Shown here: piece by piece, positions 37,827 to 47,678 of the stretch
Layout: each line of letters starts with the position of its first letter
Numbering within the stretch: position 1 is the first letter of the stretch
Source: an uncultured Verrucomicrobiota bacterium
GTDB taxonomy: Bacteria; Verrucomicrobiota; Kiritimatiellia; CAIQIC01; Lenti-01
DNA length: 64,000 nucleotides
Direction of reading: 5' to 3'
NCBI GenBank assembly: GCA_938003985.1
Contig: CALKWZ010000073.1
Span: 6,295 to 70,294 of the forward strand
The notes under the pieces: generated by a model
What the model was told of the DNA's origin: nothing
Seen by the model: the letters and a program-made list of their open reading frames with translations, nothing else
The model's database searches: none
Translations under genes and position numbers: made by a program

Positions 37827-38552
37827 CTACTCGTCGTAGTATTCCACGTCTTCCTCGGCGGCCGGAAGCACCTCGTAGCCTTCCTCGTCGACGGGCGGCA
37901 ACACGCCCTCCTCGACCAGCTTGGCGTCGTTTTCCGGCGACAGCTGCACCGGCAGCGGCGGCATGGTGCCGCCGCGGAGGATTTCCATCTGGTATTCCTG
38001 CAAATGCTTTTCGAGCGCCTCGCCCGTGTAGACCGGCTTGGGCACCTCGACCGGCTTCTGGCGTTCCAGCATCCGCATGCGCCGGCGCTCGGCGTAGGAC
38101 AGGCGCCGCTCTTCGGCTTGCTTCTTCCGTTCCTCCATCGCGCTGGGAGGAATCACTTCGCTGCCCGCCACGTCGTTCATCGACAGCTCCACCGCCTGGC
38201 CGTCCTTCTGGAGCACGGCTTTTTCCTGGTCGTAATCGACGTCGAGCAGTTCGATGCCCCGTTCCGGCCCGCCGCCCAGCACCAGCGTGAAATAGCTGTT
38301 GTCCTTCTTGTCGGTGATGGCCACGCGCAGGTTGCCGTCTTCCAGCTCGTAGATGCCCGAGAGCTGGAGACTGGCCGCGAAGGATTCGCCCACCGGAATG
38401 ACCCGCTCCGGCTCCGCCGGCGCATCCGGCGGCGTCCCGAACGGCTGGCGGTCGAGAATGACCTGATAGTCCGCGAACGGACGCACGGCCGGTTCCGCCC
38501 CCCAGGCGGTCGCGCCAGCCAACACGGACCAGATTACCATCCACCGTTTCAT
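37827..38552 (-). CDS. Hypothetical periplasmic protein
   Basis: Start MKRWMVIWSVLAGATAWGAEP (signal peptide) at 38552. Glu-rich C-terminus. Confidence 0.55.
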   Translation of the reverse strand: MKRWMVIWSVLAGATAWGAEPAVRPFADYQVILDRQPFGTPPDAPAEPERVIPVGESFAASLQLSGIYELEDGNLRVAITDKKDNSYFTLVLGGGPERGIELLDVDYDQEKAVLQKDGQAVELSMNDVAGSEVIPPSAMEERKKQAEERRLSYAERRRMRMLERQKPVEVPKPVYTGEALEKHLQEYQMEILRGGTMPPLPVQLSPENDAKLVEEGVLPPVDEEGYEVLPAAEEDVEYYDE

Positions 38553-38591
38553 GCCCGGCATCCTATCCATCGGGGGGGCGTTCGACAAGGG

Positions 38592-39833
38592 CTATCGCGC
38601 CGGCCCGACCAGCTCGAACGCTTCCTGGAACAGCCGGCGCACGTGGCCCGGCACGAGCACCAGATGGTTGCCCAGCGGCGCCTCCAGCAATTGTCCGGCG
38701 GACGCCGGCGGAATCCGCACCCGGACCTGCGTCCGGCACAGATCGCCCGCGTGGCGGTTTTCCAGCAGCGTGCCTTCGGCGCCCCACCAGCGGTCCAGTT
38801 CCGCGCCGCCCAGCCGCAGCAACGTGACCGGCCCCGGCGGAAACGTGCCGTCGATCCCGACGCCCAGCCCCGATTCGAAATGCGTTTTCAGGCGGTGTTC
38901 CCCGACCAATCCCAGCGGCACCGTGCAGTGCGCCAGCAGGAGCTCGCCTTTGCGCGCGTCCAAATCCGAGGGATTGGCCATCCAGCCCGCCTTGCCCGTC
39001 AGGTGCCACAGCCAGCGCAGCAGGATCGCCGAGGGCACGTCGCCCTCGCAGCCCGCCGTGATGCCTTCGTCGGCCAGCCGCGCCAACGCCAGGCAGCCCG
39101 TCGTGCCGTCTTGCGTCACGAGATCGAAGCAGCGCACCGTCACCGCGCCCAATCGGTAGCTTTCCGCCAACGCCTTGAGGCCGCGGTAGACGCCGACGGC
39201 GCGGGCAAACGCCTCGCGGGTGACGCCTTCGCGAGCTTGGGCGCGTTCCCACGCCGCGTATTCCGGTCCGGCGACCGGCGTCGGATCCCGCGCGACGTGC
39301 GCGCGCAGCTCCTCGACCGCCAGCGGCACGATTTTCAGGCCGAAGCGCCCGGCCACCGTCTCGGGCCGATGCGCACTGGCCACCAGCCAGTCCGAGCTGG
39401 CTCCGACCAGGCCGAGCCGATCGTCCGCCAGCCGGCGATTCGCCTCCAGGCAGCGGGCGGTTTGCTGGATGTCCTCCAAGGTCGCGACGTCGTCGGGCGC
39501 GCGCAACAAATAGATCCGGCCCGTTCCGTTTTCCTGCTGGACCTGGGCGAGGATTTCCAGCGACGCCGGCAAGGAATTGTGGGCCGCGTGGGCGATCAGC
39601 AGCAGCGGTCCCGTCTTGCCCTGCTGGCGCCGCGAGCGGTAGCGCCGAATCACTTCGCTTTCGACGCCGCCGGTCTGCACGAAGACGAACGCCAGTTCCT
39701 CGCCGTCCGCCACCGCGCCGTCGATCCGTTTGCCGCCGGCTTCCGCCAAAGCCCGTTCATGCCCCGCCAACGCGTTCGACAGACTGTGCCGGTCGTGCAG
39801 TTTCGACGCCACCGCGAGATATTTGAAGCTCAT
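38592..39833 (-). CDS. Putative sugar isomerase, L-fucose/L-arabinose isomerase-like family (weak)
   Basis: 413 aa. GCEGDV and the surrounding region resemble the isomerase C-terminal domain. Low certainty. Confidence 0.45.
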   Translation of the reverse strand: MSFKYLAVASKLHDRHSLSNALAGHERALAEAGGKRIDGAVADGEELAFVFVQTGGVESEVIRRYRSRRQQGKTGPLLLIAHAAHNSLPASLEILAQVQQENGTGRIYLLRAPDDVATLEDIQQTARCLEANRRLADDRLGLVGASSDWLVASAHRPETVAGRFGLKIVPLAVEELRAHVARDPTPVAGPEYAAWERAQAREGVTREAFARAVGVYRGLKALAESYRLGAVTVRCFDLVTQDGTTGCLALARLADEGITAGCEGDVPSAILLRWLWHLTGKAGWMANPSDLDARKGELLLAHCTVPLGLVGEHRLKTHFESGLGVGIDGTFPPGPVTLLRLGGAELDRWWGAEGTLLENRHAGDLCRTQVRVRIPPASAGQLLEAPLGNHLVLVPGHVRRLFQEAFELVGPAR

Positions 39834-39937
39834 GCGCGTTCCTTGGTTTGAAGTCCGAATCTACCGTCCGGCCGCCGTTCCGGCAACAGCGGACTTGAAC
39901 GCCCCCGCGTTTTGTGGTTGAAGCAGAGCCGACCCAT

Positions 39938-40011
39938 GCCCCGGTAGCTCAGTTGGACAGAGCGGCGGTTTCCTAAACCGTAGGTCGGAGGTTCGATCCC
40001 TCTCCGGGGTG
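39938..40011 (+). tRNA. tRNA-Arg (anticodon CCT)
   Basis: Cloverleaf folded by hand: acceptor GCCCCGG/CCGGGGT, D-arm GCTC/GAGC, anticodon stem GCGGT/ACCGT with loop TTCCTAA, T-arm GGAGG-TTCGATC-CCTCT. CCA is not encoded. Confidence 0.8.
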
Positions 40012-40030
40012 CCGCTTGCTCCGGCCGCCG

Positions 40031-41035
40031 TCACCACCGCAACGTGCGGTTGGTCTGGAAATCCCCGCAATAGATGCGCAGTTCGCTCGGCGGCACCAGC
40101 GGCACGACCAGTTCCATCTGCTCGCCCTTGGCGTGCGGCTGGATCTTGAATTTCTTTCCGCCGGCCAGCGCTTTCATTTTGGCGTCGTAGGGAATCGTCC
40201 GGATGAACAACAGTTGGTCGGTGCGGTTCTCGACGGTGAGGCTCACCTGGAATTCTTTGTTGGGCAGCTTGCGGGTCTTGACGCCGACGATGGCAAGGGG
40301 CTCGGCTACGCCGGTCGGCGCGCTTTGCGGATCGAACTTCTTGAGGGCCCGGCGCGTCGCCTCGTCTTCTTGCGCCTGCTTCTTGGCTTCCGCCTGGTCG
40401 CGCAGATACTTCTTTTCGGCCGCGGGATCGAAGCCGTACCGCTTCCGCACGTCCTCCGGCAACGACACGAACCGCCGCTTGGTCACGCCGCCGGCGTGGC
40501 GGAAGGTCAGCCCGTCCGGCTCCGTCTGCAGCACTTCCACCTTGCGGAAAATCTGGCCGTCCACGGTGATGATGTCGTCGGGGCCCGGCGGCTCGATCGG
40601 CACGGGCGTGGCCGTCCGCACCCGGTCGCGCGCTTCTTTGTCGGGAATGTCCGTGAAATACACTTTGACCGAGCCGCCGTCGTGGTCGAGTTGGACCGCG
40701 TAGGATTCGACTTTCCGGACCACGACGTTCCGGTAAATCCGCCCACCCCGGACTTCCAAATCATCCGGCCCCGCCGGCGGTTCGGGCGCGGATGCCTCCT
40801 TGGCCGGCGTCAGGTCGCTGGCCATGCGTTTGTAGTATTCCCGCAACTCGGGCAGGACGGCGCTGAACGGGATCGTGGCTTCGCCCCCGTCGTGCCGGAT
40901 GAACAGCCCTTGCCGGTCGTGGCGCAGGACCTTGACGTTGGTGTAGGTGGCGTTCTGCAACGTCGTCAGGTCTTCCCCCCGGGCCGCCAGCGTCCCCAGC
41001 GCGATCGCCATCCACAGGACTTTGCGCAGATCCAT
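40031..41035 (-). CDS. Hypothetical secreted protein with internally duplicated module
   Basis: Start MDLRKVLWMAIALGTLAARG at 41035. Two similar about 100-aa segments (…FSAVLPELREYYKRM… / …FVSLPEDVRKRYGFD…). Confidence 0.6.
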   Translation of the reverse strand: MDLRKVLWMAIALGTLAARGEDLTTLQNATYTNVKVLRHDRQGLFIRHDGGEATIPFSAVLPELREYYKRMASDLTPAKEASAPEPPAGPDDLEVRGGRIYRNVVVRKVESYAVQLDHDGGSVKVYFTDIPDKEARDRVRTATPVPIEPPGPDDIITVDGQIFRKVEVLQTEPDGLTFRHAGGVTKRRFVSLPEDVRKRYGFDPAAEKKYLRDQAEAKKQAQEDEATRRALKKFDPQSAPTGVAEPLAIVGVKTRKLPNKEFQVSLTVENRTDQLLFIRTIPYDAKMKALAGGKKFKIQPHAKGEQMELVVPLVPPSELRIYCGDFQTNRTLRW

Positions 41036-41153
41036 GGCCGCTCCTTTCGCTTGTGGGAAGAATACACCGGAAACGCTCCGCGCGAAAGCCCAAATCGGAA
41101 AAGGATTCGACCGCGCGATTCCCACCGCGCCGGCCTTCTGCTAGGATGCCGCC

Positions 41154-42227
41154 ATGGTGGAAACTCAGTCCATGCGTCCCGGTCTCGAAGCGCTCGATCC
41201 CGCCTGGTTGGCCGGGCGGCGCGTCGGCCTCGTGGCCCATCCCGCCAGCCGGGTTGCCGACGGCCGCCATGCGGCCGAATACCTCCGCGGATTGGGGGTG
41301 CGGCTGACCGCCCTTTTCGGCCCTGAACACGGCTTTTTCGGCCGCGGCGGCGCGGGCGAAGCTATCGCCGACGCCGCCCACGCCGATTGGCAAATCCCGA
41401 TTTTCTCGCTTTACGGCGCATCCCGGGCACCCACGCCGGCGATGCTCGATCTCGTGGACGTGTTCGTGTTCGACGTCCAGACCATCGCCTGCCGCGCCTA
41501 CACCTACGTGTCCACCCTGCGCCTGCTGATGGAGGCCTGCGCGGCCGCCGGCAAGACCCTCGTCGTCGCCGACCGGCCGGATCCCCTCATGCGGACCCCG
41601 CCCGACGGCCCCCGACTCGATCCGGCGTGCGCTTCGTTCGTTGGCCTGGTGCCGACCCCATTTTGCTACGGCATGACGCCCGGCGAAACGGCCCTGTTCT
41701 TGCGCGCCGCGCTCGCGCTCGAAACCCTCGATCTGCGCGTCGCGCCCTGCCCGGGGCTGTCGCGAACGCTCGCGCTCCGCCAAATCTATCCGACGTGGCT
41801 GGCGACCTCGCCCGCCATCGTTTCCCTCGAAAACGCGTTGTGCTTCCCGCTGACGGTCTTCTTCGAGGCGCTGCCCATGATCGACCACGCCCGCGGCACG
41901 CCGCTGGCGTTCCAGCGCATCGGCTCGGCCCACGTCGACCTGTCCGGCCTGGTCTTGCCGCCGCTGCCCGGCGTGCGCGCCGCACCGTGCGAATATCCCG
42001 ACAAGCACGGCCAGACGTTGCGTGGCTTCGCCTTCGAGGTCGTCGACCCCGCCGCCTACCGGCCCGCCGCCGCCGCTTTCGCGCTGATCTCCGCGGTGGA
42101 AAACCACGTGGGTCCCGCGCTCTGGGAGTTTCCCGGCAGCCGGCCGGAATTCTATGCCCAGCTCTGGGGCACCCGCACCCCCGCCCCGCCTTGGACGCGC
42201 TTCGATATCCCCCATCTTCTATACTGA
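41154..42227 (+). CDS. DUF1343 family protein (NamZ-like exo-beta-N-acetylmuramidase family)
   Basis: GLVAHPASR...LFGPEHGFFG, typical of the DUF1343 N-terminus. Confidence 0.7.
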   Translation: MVETQSMRPGLEALDPAWLAGRRVGLVAHPASRVADGRHAAEYLRGLGVRLTALFGPEHGFFGRGGAGEAIADAAHADWQIPIFSLYGASRAPTPAMLDLVDVFVFDVQTIACRAYTYVSTLRLLMEACAAAGKTLVVADRPDPLMRTPPDGPRLDPACASFVGLVPTPFCYGMTPGETALFLRAALALETLDLRVAPCPGLSRTLALRQIYPTWLATSPAIVSLENALCFPLTVFFEALPMIDHARGTPLAFQRIGSAHVDLSGLVLPPLPGVRAAPCEYPDKHGQTLRGFAFEVVDPAAYRPAAAAFALISAVENHVGPALWEFPGSRPEFYAQLWGTRTPAPPWTRFDIPHLLY

Positions 42228-42265
42228 TTTTTGCGGATCGGGGGTCCGTGGGGTAGCTTGCGGAC

Positions 42266-42865
42266 ATGAAATCGCTGGCGCTTACCATGGTCGTGCTCGC
42301 GGCGCTGGCCGCGCCGGCCCAATCCGGAGACGACATGAATCCTTCCGCCCCGACCGAAACCGCCACGTTCGCCGGCGGGTGTTTCTGGTGCATCGAGGAA
42401 ATCTTCCGCCAGCAGCCCGGCGTTTTGAAAGTCGTTTCCGGCTACACGGGCGGCGAAACGAAGAATCCCACCTACCGCGAGGTGTGCGCCGGCGACACCG
42501 GCCATGCCGAAGCCATCCAGATTGCGTTCGATCCCCAACGGATCGCCTATGCCGATCTGCTCGCGGTTTTCTGGAAAGCCCACGATCCCACTCAACTCAA
42601 CCGCCAGGGCGCCGACGTCGGCACGCAGTATCGGTCGGCCATATTCACGCATTCCGAGGCGCAGGCGTCCGCGGCGCAGGCCGCCAAGAGCGCCGAAAAC
42701 GCTTCCGGCCGCCATGCGCGGCCCCTCGTGACGGAAATCGTGCCCGCCGCGGAATTCTATCCCGCCGAAGATTACCACCAGGAATACTACCGCAACAACC
42801 GCCGCGCCCCCTACTGCCGCGCCGTCATCCAGCCCAAGTTGAAGAAACTCGGGCTGGATGACTAA
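42266..42865 (+). CDS. msrA: Peptide methionine sulfoxide reductase MsrA (secreted form)
   Basis: Signal peptide followed by catalytic GGCFWC. Confidence 0.9.
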   Translation: MKSLALTMVVLAALAAPAQSGDDMNPSAPTETATFAGGCFWCIEEIFRQQPGVLKVVSGYTGGETKNPTYREVCAGDTGHAEAIQIAFDPQRIAYADLLAVFWKAHDPTQLNRQGADVGTQYRSAIFTHSEAQASAAQAAKSAENASGRHARPLVTEIVPAAEFYPAEDYHQEYYRNNRRAPYCRAVIQPKLKKLGLDD

Positions 42866-42912
42866 GACCCAACTGCGGAAAACGCGAAACCCGCGGTTGA
42901 ACGCATCGGGTT

Positions 42913-44727
42913 CTATTCCGGCGCGGGGGCTTGGCCGTTGTTGAGAGCCAGATAGCGGTAGAGGCGGCGGTAGTAGCCGTCCTGCCGCAGGAGTTCCTCG
43001 TGGGTGCCCTGAGCGACCAGCTTACCCTGGTACAGCACCAGGATCCGGTGGGCATGGCGGATGGTGGAGAGCCGGTGGGCGATGATGATCCCGGTGCGGT
43101 TCTGCATGACGCGGCGGATGGCGTCCTGGATCAAGGCCTCGGTTTCGCTGTCCACGTTGGCGGTGGCTTCGTCGAGGATGAGGAGGGCGTCGCGGTTCTG
43201 GGCCATGGCGCGCGCGAGCGCCAGCAGCTGCTTCTGGCCGGCGGCGAGCCCCCCGCCCCGCTCGTTGAGCACCGTGTCGTAGCCGCGGGGCAGCTTGCGG
43301 ATGAAGCCGTCCGCGTTCACGTAGCGCGCAGCTTCTTCGATGGTTTTCCTTGAAATGGCGGGATCCAGCAGCCCGATATTGTCGGCGACGGACGCCGAGA
43401 AGATGAACGGCTCCTGCATGACGGCCCCGATCCGGCGGCGCAGGTCGTGGCGCCGGACGGAACGGACGTCGGTTCCGCCGATGGAAATGCGGCCCTGCTG
43501 GACGTCGTAGAACCGCAGGAGCAGGTTGATGAGCGTGGTCTTGCCCGAGCCGGTGGCGCCGACGATGGCGACGGTCTCGCCGGGCTCGATCCGGAACGAG
43601 ACGTCGCGGAGCACCCAGTTTTCATCCACGTAGGCAAACTGCACGTGGTCGAACGCGATCGGGCCCGCCGCCGGGAGCGGGACGGGCGCGGGGGGATCGG
43701 GAATCCGCTGCGGTTCCTCGAGCAGCTCGAAGATCCGTTCGCTGGCGGCAAGCGCCTGCTGCAACGTGCCGGCGCGGTTGGACAGGCCGTCCAGAGGCCG
43801 GAAGAAGTCGCGGACGTAGGTCAGGAAGGCGATTAGCACGCCGAGGGTGACCGCCCCGGATCCGGAGAGGATGCACGCGCCGCCGACGCCCAGCACCAGG
43901 ATGGTGGCGACGGCCTGGGCGAAGTCGAGAACGGGGAAATAGAAGCTGAACCAGCGGACTTCGAGAAAACACGCATCCCGCATGATCCCGTTGATGCGGG
44001 CAAACCGCTCGCGGATGGTCGGTTCGCGGCCGAAAAGCTGGATGGTGGCCATCCCCGCGAGGGCTTCCTGGGCGTTGGCGTTGAGGGCCGATTGCGCCCG
44101 CCGGATCGCGCGGTTGGCCATCCGCACGCGCGTGTTCGAAAACAGGAACGCCGCCACCATGAACGGAAGGATCAGGAAAAGCGCCAGCGACAGGACGGGG
44201 CTGACGTAGATCATGAAGGCGAACACGCCGAGAATCTGGAACACGTCCGCCACGGCCCCCACGACGCCGTCCGAAACGAACCGCTGCAGGGTATCCACGT
44301 CGGACGTCACCCGCGTCATCAGGCGGCCGACGGGCGTCCGGTCGAAGTACTGGAGATGCAAGTCCAGCGCCCGGCGGAAGACGTCGTGACGGACGTCGCG
44401 GACGACTCCCTGCCCCATCTTGGCGGCGACGATCGCGTGGAGATAGCGCAGAACGATGCCGGCCAGGCTGATGCCGAATATGAGCGCGCCCGTCCGCAGG
44501 AGGCCGTTCCAGCGGACGTCCAGGGCCAAGGTCGCGTCGCCGATCCAGCGGTCGACGGCGTTCCGGATGAGGACCGGCGGAACGTTCATGCCCACGCTGC
44601 CCAGGATGGTCAGGACCAGAATCCCCCCCATGGCGCCGCGGTAGGGTCGGGTATAGACCAGCAGCCGGCGAAGCAGACGGACGGTTTCGCGCGCGCTCGG
44701 GATCTTGGTTTCCGGGGTGGGGTTCAT
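42913..44727 (-). CDS. ABC exporter, fused permease/ATPase (heterodimer partner B)
   Basis: 6-TM domain plus Walker A GATGSGKTT and signature LSGGQKQLLALARAM. Confidence 0.85.
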   Translation of the reverse strand: MNPTPETKIPSARETVRLLRRLLVYTRPYRGAMGGILVLTILGSVGMNVPPVLIRNAVDRWIGDATLALDVRWNGLLRTGALIFGISLAGIVLRYLHAIVAAKMGQGVVRDVRHDVFRRALDLHLQYFDRTPVGRLMTRVTSDVDTLQRFVSDGVVGAVADVFQILGVFAFMIYVSPVLSLALFLILPFMVAAFLFSNTRVRMANRAIRRAQSALNANAQEALAGMATIQLFGREPTIRERFARINGIMRDACFLEVRWFSFYFPVLDFAQAVATILVLGVGGACILSGSGAVTLGVLIAFLTYVRDFFRPLDGLSNRAGTLQQALAASERIFELLEEPQRIPDPPAPVPLPAAGPIAFDHVQFAYVDENWVLRDVSFRIEPGETVAIVGATGSGKTTLINLLLRFYDVQQGRISIGGTDVRSVRRHDLRRRIGAVMQEPFIFSASVADNIGLLDPAISRKTIEEAARYVNADGFIRKLPRGYDTVLNERGGGLAAGQKQLLALARAMAQNRDALLILDEATANVDSETEALIQDAIRRVMQNRTGIIIAHRLSTIRHAHRILVLYQGKLVAQGTHEELLRQDGYYRRLYRYLALNNGQAPAPE

Positions 44728-44731
44728 CGCA

Positions 44732-46477
44732 TCAGAGAACGGCGGCCAGTTGCTGCATCTCGTGCAGGCGGCGGTAGTAGCCGGGCTGCCGGATCAATTC
44801 CGCGTGGGTGCCCTGCTGGGTGACGCGTCCGTTTTCCAGCACCCAGATCACGTCCATGGCCACCAGGGTGCTCACCCGGTGGCTGACCAGCAGCGTGGTG
44901 CGGGTCGAAAAGACCGGCTGCAGCTTGCGGAGGATGGCCGCCTCCGTTTCGGTGTCCACCGCCGCCAGCACGTCGTCGAGGATGAGCAGATCCGGATTGC
45001 GCGCGAGCGCGCGGCCGATGGAGGTGCGCTGGCGCTGGCCGCCGGACAGGGAGACGCCCCGCTCGCCCACCAGCGTCTCGTACTGCCGGGGCAGCTGCTC
45101 CACGTCGGCATGGAGATGGGCGACGTCCGCCGCCGCCAGAATGGTTGCCTCGGTCGGGTCCGGCGTCCCAAACGCGATGTTGTTGGCCATCGAATCGGAG
45201 AACAGCATGGGTTCCTGCTCGGCCATGCCGATCCGGCCCCGGAGGTCCGCCAGCGGGACCTCGCGCACGTCGCGCCCGCCGATGCGGACCGCGCCGGACG
45301 AGACGTCCCACAGGCGCGGCAGCAGGGAGACCAGCACGGTTTTGCCGCTGCCGGTCGGCCCGGTGATGCCCACGCGGGTTCCCTCCGGAACGGCCAGGCA
45401 CACGTCGTCCAGCAGGGTTGCCGCCCCCGCCTTCACGGTGACGTGGTCGAACGCGACGTCGCCGCCGGCGGGCGCGGCCTGCCCGCGTAGCGGCGCCGGA
45501 TCGGCGATGGCCGGTTCGCGCTCCAAAACCTCGCGGATGCGCTCCCAGCTCGCCCACGAGCGCTGGAGGAGACTGATCACCCAGCCCAGCGAAAGCAAGG
45601 GCCACTGCATGTAGAGGAGATATTGGTTGAACTGCACGAATTCGCCCAGCGTGAGGCGCCCCTGGATGACCAGGCGCCCCCCCGCCAGCAAGACCAGCAC
45701 CGAACTCAGGGTGAACCAAAACGCGGCAAACGGATGGGTGCCTTCATGGACGTAGGCCAAGCGCAGGTTTTCCGTCCTGAGCCGTTCGTTCTTGTTCCGG
45801 AACAGATCGAGCCAGCGCGGCTCCACCGCGAACGCTTTCAGCGTCTGGATCCCCGTGAAGGTTTCCTGGTTGAAGCTCGCCATCTCCGAGAGCTGATCCT
45901 GAACGGCGAGATGCCCCTTTTTGATCCGCCGCGCGAACCACGTGAAACTCCCGATCATCAGGGGCACCAGGATCAGGACCATTCCGGCCAGCGGAGCGTT
46001 GAGGGAAAACATGACGCCGAAGGTCAGGAGAAACACGAAAACCATGCGGGCGTTCTGCATCAGCCCCTGGCCAATGCCCATGCCCACGGAACGGACGTCC
46101 GAGGACAAGCGGTTCATCAGGTCGCCGGTATGCTGTGCGCGGTAGAAGCCGCGGTCCAGCCGGGTCAGGTGGTCGAACAAATCGCCGCGGATGCTGGTTT
46201 CCACGGCATGGCCCACGCGGAGCGGAAGCTGGCGCATCCAGAACGAAAGCGCCGACGAAACAAGCGTGGCCCCGCCGTAAGCGGCCAGCCAGGCCCAAAG
46301 TTCCCGGCGCGCCAGCGTGCCCGCCGTCAGGCCGTCGATCACGACGCGCGAGATGAAGGGGATTCCGACGCTGAACGCCACCGTGAACAGCGACAGGAAA
46401 ACGCCCCCGAAGATCGAACGACCGTGCGGGATCACGTAGTTTCGCAAGCGGCGAGGATGGGTTGGCGCGTCCGGCAT
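44732..46477 (-). CDS. ABC exporter, fused permease/ATPase (heterodimer partner A)
   Basis: GPTGSGKT, LSGGQRQRTSIGRAL. The start MPDAPTHP at 46477 is preferred. An alternative upstream ATG lies at 46531. Confidence 0.8.
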   Translation of the reverse strand: MPDAPTHPRRLRNYVIPHGRSIFGGVFLSLFTVAFSVGIPFISRVVIDGLTAGTLARRELWAWLAAYGGATLVSSALSFWMRQLPLRVGHAVETSIRGDLFDHLTRLDRGFYRAQHTGDLMNRLSSDVRSVGMGIGQGLMQNARMVFVFLLTFGVMFSLNAPLAGMVLILVPLMIGSFTWFARRIKKGHLAVQDQLSEMASFNQETFTGIQTLKAFAVEPRWLDLFRNKNERLRTENLRLAYVHEGTHPFAAFWFTLSSVLVLLAGGRLVIQGRLTLGEFVQFNQYLLYMQWPLLSLGWVISLLQRSWASWERIREVLEREPAIADPAPLRGQAAPAGGDVAFDHVTVKAGAATLLDDVCLAVPEGTRVGITGPTGSGKTVLVSLLPRLWDVSSGAVRIGGRDVREVPLADLRGRIGMAEQEPMLFSDSMANNIAFGTPDPTEATILAAADVAHLHADVEQLPRQYETLVGERGVSLSGGQRQRTSIGRALARNPDLLILDDVLAAVDTETEAAILRKLQPVFSTRTTLLVSHRVSTLVAMDVIWVLENGRVTQQGTHAELIRQPGYYRRLHEMQQLAAVL

Positions 46478-46555
46478 GGTGGAACGAATCGATCTCCGGC
46501 GATTCTTAAGGCCGCATTCCGGCGGAGTCAAGCGGCGGCCCCGCCGGAAGACGGT

Positions 46556-47678
46556 TTACTGCGCCGCTTCGCCGCGGTTCTGCTTGAGCCACGCCTCGAT
46601 GAACAATTCGAGGTCGCCGTCGAGCACGGCGTCCACCTGGCCGGTTTCGGCCTCGGTGCGGTGGTCTTTCACCATCGTGTAGGGCTGCAGGACGTACGAA
46701 CGGATCTGGTGGCCCCAGGCGATTTCGCCTTTCTCGCCGTAGAATTTGTCCATCTCGCGCTTCTTCTTGTCCTGCTCGAGTTCGTAGATCTTGGCGCGCA
46801 GGATCTTCATGGCGCGCGCGCGGTTCGAATGCTGGCTGCGCTCGGCCTGGCAGGCCACCACGATGCCCGTCGGCAGGTGGGTCAGGCGAATGGCGCTGTC
46901 GGTCTTGTTGACGTGCTGGCCGCCCGCGCCGCCGGACCGGAACGTGTCCACGCGCAGGTCTTTCTCGTCGATTTCCACTTCGACGTCGTCGCTGATTTCC
47001 GCCACGACGTCGAGCGAGGCAAAGGACGTGTGCCGCCGCTTGGCCGCGTCGAACGGGCTGATGCGCACCAGCCGGTGCACGCCGCGTTCGGCCTTGAGGA
47101 AGCCGTAGGCCCACGGTCCGCTCACCATCAACGTCGCGCTCTTCACGCCGGCTTCGTCGCCGGGCTGGTAATCCACCGTGGAGACCTCGAAACCCTGTTT
47201 CTGGCAATAGCGGTCGTACATGCGCAGCAGCATGGCCGCCCAGTCGCACGATTCGGTCCCGCCGGCCCCCGCGTGCAGCGTCAGGAACGCATTGTTGGCG
47301 TCGAACTTGCCCGTCATCAGGGACTGCAGTTCGACGTGCTCGTACTGCTTTTCCAGCCCGGCGACCTGCTTGGCCATCTCGACCACGTCGGGATGGTCTT
47401 CGGCCACGTGGCCTTCGTCCGCCAGCAGGCCGGCCATCAATTCCAGCTCTTCCTGGTGGGCGACGAGCCGGTCGTACGGCCCCGTCACCGCCTCCAGCGC
47501 GTTCTTGCGGTCGATCGTCGCCCGCGCCGCGCTCTGGTCGTTCCAGAAATCGGGCGCGGCCATCCGCTGCGTCAGTTCCTCGATGATCCGTTTTTTGCCG
47601 TCGACGTCAAAGATAGCCTCGCATTCCTGCGAGGTGTTCTTTCACGAACGCGATGCGCGTGGAAAGCTCGTCTAACAT
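46556..47678 (-). CDS. prfB: Peptide chain release factor 2, with programmed +1 ribosomal frameshift (join 47678..47610 and 47608..46556)
   Basis: Frame 0 reads MLDELSTRIAFVKEHLAGMRGYL then TGA (CTT TGA C). The +1 frame continues DVDGKKRIIEELTQRMAAPDFW... through SGGAGGQHVNKTDSAIR. SD-like GAGG lies 3 nt upstream of the CUU. Confidence 0.9.
47606..47612 (-). other. RF2 autoregulatory +1 frameshift site CUU UGA C
   Basis: On the minus strand: CTT (47612..47610), TGA (47609..47607), then C. Confidence 0.85.

Noticed and set aside
46478-46531. Longer N-terminal extension of ABC exporter A (MTPPECGLKNRRRSIRST...)
   Set aside because: The extension is atypical for ABC exporter N-termini. The internal Met at 46477 gives the usual short cytoplasmic stretch before TM1. 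It is retained as an alternative only.
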